Shown in pieces: positions 51,893 through 61,571 of a stretch of DNA of 64,000 nt (position 1 is its first letter; every line of letters begins with the position of its first letter). The stretch is taken from positions 36,852 through 100,851 of IMG/VR virus record IMGVR_UViG_3300010429_000303. One strand, given 5' to 3'. The notes under the pieces are model-generated. The model was not told the origin of the DNA, did no database searches, and saw only the letters and a list, made by a program, of their open reading frames with translations. The stretch is from a virus. Taxonomy: Duplodnaviria; Caudoviricetes. Made by a program: the position numbers and the translations under genes.

Positions 51893-53341
51893 TTGCCATT
51901 CAAAACGGGAATTTATGACATGACAGAAAATTGTGAAATCTGGGAATCTATTCTACAAGGACTCCCACCTTGTACCTCCGATGAAAAACTGATTCCTATT
52001 CCAGAAATTATAAAAACTATCAGATTTTGTCTTTCCGATAAGATAGAATTGTATGATGTTGCACTATCACTTCTCGATTTAATCTCACCTTTAAGAAAGG
52101 ATGTAGAATTTCTTAACTGGAAAGCTCTAGTAGAATATGAAGCTAAGTCTTACCCAAGGGCCTTTACCACTACCGAGAAATTACTAACCTTTATCAAAAA
52201 CTCCTCTACCTTATTCAATGCAGGAAGAGCTGCCTACAAGGCTAACCAGCTAGACAAATCAGAAGTCTATCTGAAAAGGGCTTGGGATCTAGAACCGTTA
52301 AATTCATCCTTCGCCCTGGACTATGCCGTAACAATCTGTGCCCAAGGAGACTTCAATAAGGCCTTAGAAATAATTGAGTCTATCCCCAAAGAAACTTTAG
52401 ATCCTCTTCACCAGAAGATAGTAGACTTTAATAAAGGGTGGCATTACATTCGTCTAGGTGATTTTAAAGAGGGAATAAAGCATCTTCATATTGGTCGAGA
52501 GATCAATATCTGGGGTTCAGACGCAAGAACCTACCGTAACCCTAAATGGGATGGAACTACCGAACCCGGAAAGATCATTCTTATTGTAGGAGAAGGGGGG
52601 ATAGGGGACGAAGTTATCAATGCTAGATTCTCAGAGATAATTCAATCCCGGGGTATGACCGCCATAATGTCTACTGTTCATAACAATGTCCCTATGCTTT
52701 CCTCTATTCAAACTCTTAAAGAAGTCTTTGACAGTTCTGAGATAGATAAAAAGGCCTGGGATTATTGGGTTCCTTGTATGGATCTGCCTTATGTCCTAGA
52801 TCTAGAGGCTGCTGACATACCTTCTAACCCTTACCTAAAACCAAATCCGGAATTCTTAAAGAAATGGCAATCCATTATCCACTCGGATAAATTTAAGGTA
52901 GGAATACGGTGGAGTGGAAATCCTAAGTATGAGTTAGAGTTAGCAAGAACTATAGATACCAGATTCTTTGAGGAGTACCTGAACTCAGACAACATTCAGA
53001 TCTACTCCCTCCAGAAAGATGATGGAGTAAAGAACTTTAAAGTTCCCAAAGGGGCTATAGATCTTTCAGCCCAGTTAAATACCTGGGATGATACCATGGC
53101 TGCGGTTTCAGTCATGGATCTAGTGATAACTTCCTGTACCTCCATTGCTCATGTTGCTGGGGCATTAGGCCAACAGACCTGGGTAGTGGTACCCTTACTC
53201 CCCTACTATACCTGGGCCGATATGCAGAAGAAGTCGTATTGGTATGATTCTGTTTCTGTTTATCGCCAGAAAAAGCATGGAGAGTGGGTTGATCCTTTCA
53301 TAGAGATTCAAAGAGATGTCCATCAATTGACTTTAAGGTGA
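51893..53341 (+). CDS. TPR-repeat plus GT9-like (GT-B) glycosyltransferase
   Basis: N-terminal helical TPR-like region, then P.WDG, GEGGIGDE...ARF, DYW.P.MDLP, VGIRWSGNP, YSLQ and DT.A....MDLVIT.CTS.AH.AGALG motifs. Start may be ATG 51920. Confidence 0.82.
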   Translation: MPFKTGIYDMTENCEIWESILQGLPPCTSDEKLIPIPEIIKTIRFCLSDKIELYDVALSLLDLISPLRKDVEFLNWKALVEYEAKSYPRAFTTTEKLLTFIKNSSTLFNAGRAAYKANQLDKSEVYLKRAWDLEPLNSSFALDYAVTICAQGDFNKALEIIESIPKETLDPLHQKIVDFNKGWHYIRLGDFKEGIKHLHIGREINIWGSDARTYRNPKWDGTTEPGKIILIVGEGGIGDEVINARFSEIIQSRGMTAIMSTVHNNVPMLSSIQTLKEVFDSSEIDKKAWDYWVPCMDLPYVLDLEAADIPSNPYLKPNPEFLKKWQSIIHSDKFKVGIRWSGNPKYELELARTIDTRFFEEYLNSDNIQIYSLQKDDGVKNFKVPKGAIDLSAQLNTWDDTMAAVSVMDLVITSCTSIAHVAGALGQQTWVVVPLLPYYTWADMQKKSYWYDSVSVYRQKKHGEWVDPFIEIQRDVHQLTLR

Positions 53342-53344
53342 ATC

Positions 53345-53848
53345 ATGAAATTAAACTTAGGTTGTGGTTATAATAAGAAAGACGGCTATGTTAATGTAGA
53401 TAAAGATGAAGGTTGTTCTCCAGACCTGTGTTTTGACATCACCAGAGCCGACTGGCCAGTTGACACGTCTGTTATTGAAGAAGTACTGGCTGAACATATC
53501 CTTGAACATCTTGAAGGTACAGAACCTTATCTCACTTTCTGGAAAGAGCTGTACCGGGTATGTCAGCATGGGGCAGAGATTAGAATAGAAGTCCCCCATT
53601 GGAGACATGATACCTTCTTCCACGATCCCACTCATACCAGACCTATTACCCCGGTGGGTATTGCTATGTTCGATCAAGAAAGGAACTTTCAAGATTTGAT
53701 GAGCAAAGGCCGAGAAACTAAGCTAGGGTTAATTTGTCAGATAGATATAGAACTTAAAGGGGTCAACTATATATATGACAACCTGTCTGGGACTCCAGAG
53801 GTATGCCAATATTTGGCCAAGGTCGTTAAACCCGCTAGGTACAAGTGA
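53345..53848 (+). CDS. Class I SAM-dependent methyltransferase
   Basis: KLNLGCG.....GYVNVD, H.LEHL, ELYRV...GA...I.VP and DPTH motifs. Confidence 0.88.
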   Translation: MKLNLGCGYNKKDGYVNVDKDEGCSPDLCFDITRADWPVDTSVIEEVLAEHILEHLEGTEPYLTFWKELYRVCQHGAEIRIEVPHWRHDTFFHDPTHTRPITPVGIAMFDQERNFQDLMSKGRETKLGLICQIDIELKGVNYIYDNLSGTPEVCQYLAKVVKPARYK

Positions 53849-53854
53849 GGTTTC

Positions 53855-54649
53855 ATGAAAACCTACCACTTTCTTATTGGTCTGCCTAGATCTGGTTCAA
53901 CCGTACTTTCCTCCTTGTTGAATCAGCATCCCGATGTCTATGTAACCCCTACTTCTCCTTTATTAGACCTCCTAATAGCAGTTCAAGATAAGTGGCATAC
54001 CTGTCCCGCGGTGTTAGCCAATCCATTCCCCGAACAACTTACCAATATTATCCAGGCTATGATCGAATCTGCCTGGAGTCATAGACCAGAACCCATTATT
54101 ATAGATAGATGTAGGGGATGGGCAAAGAACCTCCCTGCTGCCTACCTCCTGTTTAAGAAACAGATAAAGTGTATTATGACAGTTCGGGATCTTCCCTCGA
54201 TAATGGCTTCTTGGCATACTGTGATGGCCAACAATCCAGGAAACTACATGGATATAGAACTGGCTAAGAAGAATCTTCCTGTAACTCGGGAGAGTCGGGT
54301 GATGGGAATGTGGCATAACATGGTAAAGGATTGTATGGATGGAGTACGATGGGCAAAATGGGATGGTGGTGAAGCACTACTACCCGTAGAGTATGACGCC
54401 TTTATCAAAGATCCAGAACCCATCTTAGCTAATATCACTAAATTCTTAGGTCTATCTGATTATAAGTTTGATATCAATAACATCGAAAACACCTATGAAG
54501 ATGATGACCTTAAAGCTTGGGGGTTATCGGGATTACATTCGATTAGACCACGGTTAGAAAAAACAGCTAAGGATCCCAAAGAACTCTTAGGAGAACGTCT
54601 CTTTGAAACCTTTGTCACTCTAGAACAACAGTTTGTTTCTAAAGGTTGA
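53855..54649 (+). CDS. Sulfotransferase
   Basis: 5'-PSB loop GLPRSGST.L..LLNQHP, K.I..VRD...I.AS and V.Y......P...L..I..FL motifs. Confidence 0.9.
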   Translation: MKTYHFLIGLPRSGSTVLSSLLNQHPDVYVTPTSPLLDLLIAVQDKWHTCPAVLANPFPEQLTNIIQAMIESAWSHRPEPIIIDRCRGWAKNLPAAYLLFKKQIKCIMTVRDLPSIMASWHTVMANNPGNYMDIELAKKNLPVTRESRVMGMWHNMVKDCMDGVRWAKWDGGEALLPVEYDAFIKDPEPILANITKFLGLSDYKFDINNIENTYEDDDLKAWGLSGLHSIRPRLEKTAKDPKELLGERLFETFVTLEQQFVSKG

Positions 54650-56449
54650 TTGAACTTCATGCAAAAAACACTCCTAAATCTGGTAAAAAAAGCCCTTGAT
54701 AATGGTGGGTCAATTCATCCCCTACTCATTGATCCCAAGGAGACTAATGGCACTGGCTTGATGAACCCCTCTATCTTTATTGATGGGGATGTTATCAGGT
54801 GTGTGGTTAGACATGTCAACTACACCTTATTCCATTCTGAGGGAAAGAAGTTTCATCACTACTATGGTCCACTCCAGTACATTCACCCAGAAGATGATTG
54901 TACCTTAACCACTAAGAACTTTCTTCTTGAACTGGATGAAAATCTAAATCCTATTTCATGTGATTGGATCGATACATCCAACTTAGACGTAAAGCCTATC
55001 TGGGAGTTCGTTGGTCTTGAAGATGCAAGGCTGTTTAGGTGGGAGGGAAAACTCTACATCTCTGGAGTACGAAGAGACACTACCACTAACGGGGTAGGTC
55101 GAATGGAGCTTAGTGAAATCCAAGCAAAGACTAAGGTGAAGGAGATTTCAAGAACCAGACTCCCTGCCCCAGGGTCTGATGCTTCTTACTGTGAAAAGAA
55201 TTGGATGCCGATCTTGGATAAGCCTTACCACTATGTAAAGTGGTGTGATCCGACAGAGGTAGTAAAGGTAGATCCAGAAACTAAAACTTCTGAGACCGTA
55301 CTACTTAGGGAGAATACTCTACCCCATCATGGAGACTTTCGGGGTAGTTCTCAAGTCATTCCTTGGAACGGTTACTATATAGCCCTTATTCATGAAGTAC
55401 GGTTGTTTAAGTCAGAGTTGGGGCGAAAAGATGGAAAATACTTTCATAGATTCCTCCTGTGGGATAAAGACTTCAATCTTATTGATATGTCTGAACTGTT
55501 TGATTTCATGGAAGGGGAGATTGAATTCTGTTGTGGGTTAGCCTTTCATAATGGCCATTTCTTGATCTCCTTTGGTTTCCAGGACAATGCAGCTTATATC
55601 TTGAAAGCCCCAGAAGAATTTGTAAAATCATTATTACCTTCAATCCCAAAGAAAAAGCCTATCCCTGTTCTTGGTGTCCCTATTGTCAATGGATTTCATT
55701 GTCTTGAACGGTTAGTAGCCTCGGTAGACTACCCTGTGTCTGAGTTGGTCATTATCAATAATAACGGTCGTGGAGAGTTGGATAAGGACCTAGAAGAACT
55801 CAAGAAGAAACCCCATCCCTTTATCAGAAAGATTCATGTCTGCACTCCCCCAGGAAATATCGGTTGTGCAGGAGCTTGGAATCTCATTATTAAGTCTAGA
55901 CCCCTCTCTCCTTACTGGGTAATTACCAATCACGATATCGCGTTTACCCCAGGATTTCTAGAGGCTTTGGCTGGCTATTCAGAAGATCCTGAGATAGGAT
56001 TGGTTCATGCCCATGAAGGACAATGGGGATTAGGTTCCTGGGAGATCTTTTCCATTAAGGATTCTACCATTCAACGGTATGGTCTCTTCGATGAGAATCT
56101 TTATCCCGCCTATGAAGAAGATATGGATTACTTTATGCGGATGGTCCATGATGAGAATCCCCCGAAACGAATCCTTTCTGTAGGATTGCCATTCTTCCAT
56201 GGAGATACCCTCTGTACCAATAAATGTTACGATACCACTGCTTCTCAGACTAAGAAGTGTGATATTGATCTTCATGCTAGAATCAATCAATGTCAGGTAA
56301 TTAACCAGTCTGAATATATGGATCTAAAGTGGGGAAAGGCTTGGCGGTGGGTAAGTCCTACTCCCTTTCCTTTCAACAATCCAGCCATTCCTAGATCCTT
56401 TACTGATTATAATCTAGAATTCATCAGAAAGAAACATTTGGGGTTTTAG
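54650..56449 (+). CDS. Five-blade propeller glycosidase-like domain fused to a GT2-like domain
   Basis: NPSIF, GLEDARLF, EKNWMP, RGSSQ and IEFCCG in the N-terminal part. SVDYP....IINN, N.G.A.AWN, NHDI.F and GLFDEN.YPAY.ED.DY in the C-terminal part. Start may be ATG 54659. Confidence 0.75.
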   Translation: MNFMQKTLLNLVKKALDNGGSIHPLLIDPKETNGTGLMNPSIFIDGDVIRCVVRHVNYTLFHSEGKKFHHYYGPLQYIHPEDDCTLTTKNFLLELDENLNPISCDWIDTSNLDVKPIWEFVGLEDARLFRWEGKLYISGVRRDTTTNGVGRMELSEIQAKTKVKEISRTRLPAPGSDASYCEKNWMPILDKPYHYVKWCDPTEVVKVDPETKTSETVLLRENTLPHHGDFRGSSQVIPWNGYYIALIHEVRLFKSELGRKDGKYFHRFLLWDKDFNLIDMSELFDFMEGEIEFCCGLAFHNGHFLISFGFQDNAAYILKAPEEFVKSLLPSIPKKKPIPVLGVPIVNGFHCLERLVASVDYPVSELVIINNNGRGELDKDLEELKKKPHPFIRKIHVCTPPGNIGCAGAWNLIIKSRPLSPYWVITNHDIAFTPGFLEALAGYSEDPEIGLVHAHEGQWGLGSWEIFSIKDSTIQRYGLFDENLYPAYEEDMDYFMRMVHDENPPKRILSVGLPFFHGDTLCTNKCYDTTASQTKKCDIDLHARINQCQVINQSEYMDLKWGKAWRWVSPTPFPFNNPAIPRSFTDYNLEFIRKKHLGF

Positions 56450-56451
56450 CC

Positions 56452-56460
56452 ACTAAATAG
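56452..56460 (+). promoter_or_regulatory. Late-promoter motif ACTAAATAG upstream of collagen fibre 2
   Basis: Exact 9-mer in the 52-nt intergenic gap before the ATG at 56502. Confidence 0.7.
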
Positions 56461-56501
56461 GATAAGTTCAATTTCAAAATAATTCACAAAAAGGTAGTCA
56501 A

Positions 56502-58553
56502 ATGAGTATTCAGGGAACACAGGGAATTCAGGGATTTCTAGGTATTCAGGGGGCTATTGGTATTCAAGGACCAAGGGGGTTGCAAGGATTTTTTGGTACT
56601 CAGGGTCCATTGGGGATTCAAGGCATTCAAGGAATTATAGGACCTATTGGTATTCAAGGTCCTTCTGATGGTGTACAAGGAATTCAAGGAATAACTGGTT
56701 CGCAAGGTGCTCAAGGCATAACAGGGAATCAAGGTATTCAAGGAACAACAGGTGCCGGAATTCAAGGATCTATTGGTATTCAAGGTCCCTCTGATGGGGT
56801 ACAAGGTATTCAAGGAATTACTGGCTCTCAGGGAACTCAAGGAATAACCGGGAATCAAGGTATTCAGGGAATTCAGGGGCTAATTGGTTCCCAAGGAATT
56901 CAGGGGCTAATTGGTTCCCAAGGAATTCAGGGTATAACTGGAAACCAAGGCATTCAAGGAATAACTGGAGTAGGTACCCAGGGAGCTACTGGTATTCAAG
57001 GTCCTGCAGATGGGCCTCAAGGTATTCAAGGTATAACTGGAAACCAAGGAGTTCAGGGGGTTCATGGGGTAACTGGATCTCAAGGCCCAACTGGACATCA
57101 GGGGATTCAAGGAATTACTGGCTCTCAGGGAACTCAAGGAATAATCGGCAATCAAGGAATTCAGGGGCTAATTGGTTCCCAAGGAATTCAAGGGATAACT
57201 GGAAACCAAGGTATTCAAGGAATAACTGGGTCACAAGGTATTCAAGGAATAACTGGAGTAGGAACACAAGGGGCTACCGGCATTCAAGGTCCTGCAGATG
57301 GGCCACAAGGCATTCAAGGTATCCAAGGAGATACAGGGATTCAAGGAGTTTTTGGAACCCAGGGATATATGGGTATTCAGGGAAATGTAGGGTCTAGAGG
57401 AATTCAAGGCATTCAAGGAGTACTCGGTACACAAGGAAGCCAGGGGATAACAGGGGTTCAAGGTGTTCAGGGACTTACTGGAAATCAAGGCATTCAAGGC
57501 TCTGGTTCTGTTGGTGCACAAGGTATTCAAGGGATAACTGGATTCCAAGGAGTTCAAGGTATTCAAGGTTTAACCGGGGCTGGAACTCAAGGCACTACTG
57601 GATCCCAAGGGGTTAAAGGTATTCAAGGCATAACCGGAGCTGGTACCCAAGGTATTCAAGGTTTAACCGGGGCTGGAACTCAAGGCACTACTGGATCCCA
57701 AGGGGTTCAAGGTATTCAAGGCATAACCGGAGCTGGTACCCAAGGCATTCAAGGTATTACAGGGATTCAAGGTCCAGCAGATGGGCCACAAGGAACCACT
57801 GGTTCTCAAGGTGTTCAAGGGATAACTGGAAACCAAGGTATTCAAGGAATAACTGGGTCACAAGGTATTCAAGGAATAACTGGAGTAGGAACACAAGGGG
57901 CTACCGGTTCTCAAGGTATTCAAGGAATAACTGGAGCAGGGACTCAAGGAACTACTGGTTCTCAAGGTATTCAAGGAATAACTGGATTAGGGACTCAAGG
58001 AACTACAGGACCACAAGGTATTCAAGGGATAACTGGATTAGGGACTCAAGGAGTTCAAGGTATTTCTGGAAGCTCTACTATTGTAGACACTCCTTCAGAC
58101 GGAGAAACCACTAGCGGTATATCATCAAATTGGGCATTCGACCATGCCGCAAGTACGACAGTACATGGATTAAATGCACTGGTTTTAAAAGATTATACGG
58201 AATATCTCTATTCCCCCGGTGCAATAACAGACAGTTCATTGACTATAGATACTGCCAATGGTAATGTACAACGATTTACTATAAACCCAACATCAAGTCC
58301 TTGTGAAATAATACTACCTTCGGATCCAGGATCTACCTGTAAATCATTAGTATTGATATTAGAAAACTCTACAGGTAAGGCTCATTCATGGGCTACTTCC
58401 CCAGCCATCAAGTGGGTATCAGAGACAGACAGTGATACAGTTCCAACACCTGCTGCTGTTACGTTTGTTTCGGTTTATAGCTTTATTTGGGATGATAATG
58501 ATGCAGGTACTGGAAGATGGCTTGGATGGTTAAGTGGTAAGGAGACAAGTTAA
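56502..58553 (+). CDS. Collagen-like (Gly-X-Gln/Thr) tail fibre 2
   Basis: About 520 aa of G-X-Y with internal 27- to 90-bp duplications. C-terminal GISSNWAFDH motif and ID..NGNVQ...W...P...W.G fibre-tip domain. Confidence 0.9.
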   Translation: MSIQGTQGIQGFLGIQGAIGIQGPRGLQGFFGTQGPLGIQGIQGIIGPIGIQGPSDGVQGIQGITGSQGAQGITGNQGIQGTTGAGIQGSIGIQGPSDGVQGIQGITGSQGTQGITGNQGIQGIQGLIGSQGIQGLIGSQGIQGITGNQGIQGITGVGTQGATGIQGPADGPQGIQGITGNQGVQGVHGVTGSQGPTGHQGIQGITGSQGTQGIIGNQGIQGLIGSQGIQGITGNQGIQGITGSQGIQGITGVGTQGATGIQGPADGPQGIQGIQGDTGIQGVFGTQGYMGIQGNVGSRGIQGIQGVLGTQGSQGITGVQGVQGLTGNQGIQGSGSVGAQGIQGITGFQGVQGIQGLTGAGTQGTTGSQGVKGIQGITGAGTQGIQGLTGAGTQGTTGSQGVQGIQGITGAGTQGIQGITGIQGPADGPQGTTGSQGVQGITGNQGIQGITGSQGIQGITGVGTQGATGSQGIQGITGAGTQGTTGSQGIQGITGLGTQGTTGPQGIQGITGLGTQGVQGISGSSTIVDTPSDGETTSGISSNWAFDHAASTTVHGLNALVLKDYTEYLYSPGAITDSSLTIDTANGNVQRFTINPTSSPCEIILPSDPGSTCKSLVLILENSTGKAHSWATSPAIKWVSETDSDTVPTPAAVTFVSVYSFIWDDNDAGTGRWLGWLSGKETS

Positions 58554-59242
58554 TGATTGGTGCATCAAGAGCCGGGTTATTACTCAGTAAGAATATAGTT
58601 TACGGTGATCCCTATTTTGAAGATGTTGTTTTATTGATTCCTTTTGAAGGAGAAAACAATAGTACCACATTTACTGATCATAGTCTCTACTCTAAGACGT
58701 TATCGCCAGTGGGTGATGTGTGCATAAAAACTGCACAAAGTAAATGGGGGGCTGGAAGTGCGTACTTTGATGGAACTTGGGATAGGATCATGGTTACTCC
58801 CGGTGGATCAGAACTAAATTTAGGAACCAGTAATTTCACTTTAGAAGGGTGGGTTTATCCTTCGGGGTCTGGATCCCCTCTGATAGATAATCAATCATCT
58901 ACAAACTATTTCAATATCTATTTCCCAGGATCGACTGAATTTGGCTTACTAATAGGTGGTAGTTGGGTTTTTAGTTCTATTGCAGTTTCTGCAAATCAAT
59001 GGAATCATATAGCCATTATTAGATCTGGTACTGATTGGTTTGTCTATGTAGGGGGTAAATATAAAAACACCGGATCTACTCTATCTAACCCAAGTATAAA
59101 TTTAACTACAGCTACTACAATAGGTGGATATAATGGTGGACATTATTTTACTGGGTATGTTCAAGATATTAGAATCACTAAAAATGTAATTAGATACACT
59201 GAAACCTTCACTCCCCCTACTGAAAAATTCTACCATCCCTAA
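58553..59242 (+). CDS. LamG/concanavalin-A-like lectin-fold protein (putative adhesin)
   Basis: DPYF..VVLL..FEG.N.STTF.D, S.YFDG..D, FT.E.WVY, W.H.A..R.G and G...D.RIT....RY...FTPP motifs. Confidence 0.88.
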   Translation: MIGASRAGLLLSKNIVYGDPYFEDVVLLIPFEGENNSTTFTDHSLYSKTLSPVGDVCIKTAQSKWGAGSAYFDGTWDRIMVTPGGSELNLGTSNFTLEGWVYPSGSGSPLIDNQSSTNYFNIYFPGSTEFGLLIGGSWVFSSIAVSANQWNHIAIIRSGTDWFVYVGGKYKNTGSTLSNPSINLTTATTIGGYNGGHYFTGYVQDIRITKNVIRYTETFTPPTEKFYHP

Positions 59243-59254
59243 GTCGGAGTTATA

Positions 59255-59758
59255 ATGAACTATTATCTTATTGATCCAAATAATCTTTCTATTATTTCAG
59301 GGCCGCATGCCCATAACTCTACAGAGCTCAAAAAGATTACCCGGTGTGGTAATCCAGAACTACTAAATCTTTTAGCTTACAATCTAGTCCCTGAAGTTAT
59401 TCCTACTATTTCAGAAAATCAGAAATATGGATCACAGTTAGTATCACAAACTGAAGTATCATATCAGATAGTAGATAAAACTAAAGAAGATCTAGAAGGT
59501 GAAGAAACTGTTACATTAACCATTCTAAGAAATGAGCTAAAGTGTACTCCAAGACAGATTCGTATGCTACTTTCTCAACAAAACCTTCTTACAAAAGTGG
59601 AATCTTATATAAATAACATGGATGAAATTACTAAGATTGAGTGGGAATACGCTCAAGAAATCAAACGTAATCATCCTGTTATCTTATCTTTATCTGTTAT
59701 TTTAGGATTTACTGAAACCCAGACTGACGACTTGTTCAAACTAGCCATGAATCTCTAA
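59255..59758 (+). CDS. Tail-fibre assembly/chaperone-like protein (C-terminal domain shared with 61572-62033)
   Basis: TPRQ.R..L....LL..VE and EWEYA..I.R..P....L...LG....Q.DDLF..A motifs. Confidence 0.65.
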   Translation: MNYYLIDPNNLSIISGPHAHNSTELKKITRCGNPELLNLLAYNLVPEVIPTISENQKYGSQLVSQTEVSYQIVDKTKEDLEGEETVTLTILRNELKCTPRQIRMLLSQQNLLTKVESYINNMDEITKIEWEYAQEIKRNHPVILSLSVILGFTETQTDDLFKLAMNL

Positions 59759-59821
59759 GCTACATAAAACTCTGGCTAATTGTTCATTCTGAGGCATCTG
59801 ATTAAACTAGAAGAAGTGACT

Positions 59822-60355
59822 ATGACCCTAAGTCAAGAATTCATTCAATCCTGTCTTACCCCTTCTGATATCAATGAACATATCCCTAAACTCTATGATT
59901 TGGCCAAAACCTGTAACTCGGTTACTGAGTTTGGAGTTAGAGATGGAGTGTCTACCAGAGCTTTCCTGTTTGCTGGAGTCAAGCTAAGATCTTATGATCT
60001 GTATCTGGACCCTAAGGTTTCTGTCCTATTTGCTGAGGTTGCTAAAGGTGGAATTGATGTGTCCTACCTACAAGGGAACACCTTGGAGATAGAGATTGAA
60101 CCAACTGATCTCCTCTTCATTGACTCCAAACATACCTATTCCCAATTAAAAGCTGAATTGGCTAGGCATTCAAACAAGGTCAGAAGGTTCATTGTTCTGC
60201 ATGACATGGAGAGTTTTGGTCGGGGTGGGGAAGATGGTTCTTCTCCAGGATTAGTTCAAGCAGTAGAAGAGTTCATTGAAAGATCCAAGGGATGGAAGAT
60301 CAAAGAGAAGTTTTCCAACAACAACGGGTTATGGGTGCTTGAATCTCATGTCTGA
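59822..60355 (+). CDS. Methyltransf_24-like O-methyltransferase
   Basis: SDINEH.P.L, EFGVR.G.ST, DLLFID..HTY.QL..EL..H, I.LHD and NNNGL motifs. ATG 59822 preferred over TTG 59780. Confidence 0.85.
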   Translation: MTLSQEFIQSCLTPSDINEHIPKLYDLAKTCNSVTEFGVRDGVSTRAFLFAGVKLRSYDLYLDPKVSVLFAEVAKGGIDVSYLQGNTLEIEIEPTDLLFIDSKHTYSQLKAELARHSNKVRRFIVLHDMESFGRGGEDGSSPGLVQAVEEFIERSKGWKIKEKFSNNNGLWVLESHV

Positions 60356-61559
60356 TTTAACCAGAAGTCTCCAAGATTACCTCCTTAATCCTTCTGATCC
60401 TAGGGCTAACTTCGATCTAGGGGTAGCCTATGAAGGGTTAAATCAGACGGCTTCTTCTTCTTCATTCTTCCTTAGAGCTGCCGAGAAAACCTTAGATAAA
60501 GATCTCCAGTATTGTGCGTTAATCAGGAACGCACGGTGTTTCGAGAAACAAGGCAAGCGTGATCTTACGGTAAAGACGTTGATCCAAAGGGCTATAGCCC
60601 TTTGTCCTACTAGACCAGAAGGATACTTCTTTCTCTCTAGGCTCTATGAGAGACAGAAGAACTATCATGATTGCTACTGTATGGCGTGTCTGGGCTTACA
60701 GAATGCTAAGGTCTTTGATCCAAGAATCCCAGAATATAACGGAGAATATCTCCTACTCTTTCAGAAGGCTATCGGGGCTTGGTGGGTTGGATTGACCGAA
60801 GAATCTAGAGATATACTGTTTGATCTTCAGATGAATTATAGTTTACCCCCTGAGTATCATAGTTTGGTTGCTAATAATCTGCAAACCTTAGGGTATCCAA
60901 AGCGAAAACTGGTCTACCAGAATTCATTCCTTGACCACCTGAGACATAAGTTTCCTGGGGTAGAAACTATTAGAAATAACTACTCACAGGTGTTTCAAGA
61001 TATGTTCGTGCTTACTGTGCTTCAAGGAAAGAGGGATGGGGTGTATTTGGAGATTGGGGCTTCAGATCCTTTCTATAACAATAATACTGCGTTGTTAGAA
61101 ACCAACTTTGGATGGACTGGACTCTCTTTAGAGATAGATCCAAAGGAGGTTAAGAAGTTTAAGGAACAAAGAAAGAATCCAATCTTGGAGTTAGATGCCA
61201 CTAAGGTTGATTTCAAGAAACTTCTTGAACATCTTCCAGAAACCTTAGATTATCTTCAGGTAGATTGTGATCCCGATGAAGTATCATTCTCAATCCTTTG
61301 TGCCCTACTAAATAGTGGTAAACGGTTTAGAGTACTTACCTTTGAACATGATGCTTATGTAGGTGGGACTGTTCGAGAACGTTCTAGAACTCTCCTTGAA
61401 GACCACGGATATAGCCTCAGAGTCCCCAATGTAGCCTTTAATGAGAAGAATGCCTTTGAAGATTGGTGGGTACTTCCAGAGGAAGTTGGCCCAGAATTCA
61501 AAGAGTGTTCAGAAAAACCAATAAATTTTGCCATGGATGTGCTGTTCACCCAACACTGA
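60348..61559 (+). CDS. TPR plus FkbM-like (Methyltransf_21) methyltransferase
   Basis: TPR-like N-terminal region (FFLRAAE, P.RPE.YF.LS). YSQ.FQD.FV, G.YLEIGA......NNT.LLE..FGW.G, DYLQVD, FEHD and FEDWW motifs. ATG 60348 is coupled to the upstream stop. Confidence 0.85.
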   Translation: MSDLTRSLQDYLLNPSDPRANFDLGVAYEGLNQTASSSSFFLRAAEKTLDKDLQYCALIRNARCFEKQGKRDLTVKTLIQRAIALCPTRPEGYFFLSRLYERQKNYHDCYCMACLGLQNAKVFDPRIPEYNGEYLLLFQKAIGAWWVGLTEESRDILFDLQMNYSLPPEYHSLVANNLQTLGYPKRKLVYQNSFLDHLRHKFPGVETIRNNYSQVFQDMFVLTVLQGKRDGVYLEIGASDPFYNNNTALLETNFGWTGLSLEIDPKEVKKFKEQRKNPILELDATKVDFKKLLEHLPETLDYLQVDCDPDEVSFSILCALLNSGKRFRVLTFEHDAYVGGTVRERSRTLLEDHGYSLRVPNVAFNEKNAFEDWWVLPEEVGPEFKECSEKPINFAMDVLFTQH

Positions 61560-61571
61560 ACGAGGATTTAA

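Noticed and set aside
49114-57845. Minus-strand LN(T/S/A/P)-repeat ORFs within the collagen genes
   Set aside because: They are antisense shadows of Gly-X-Gln codon repeats.
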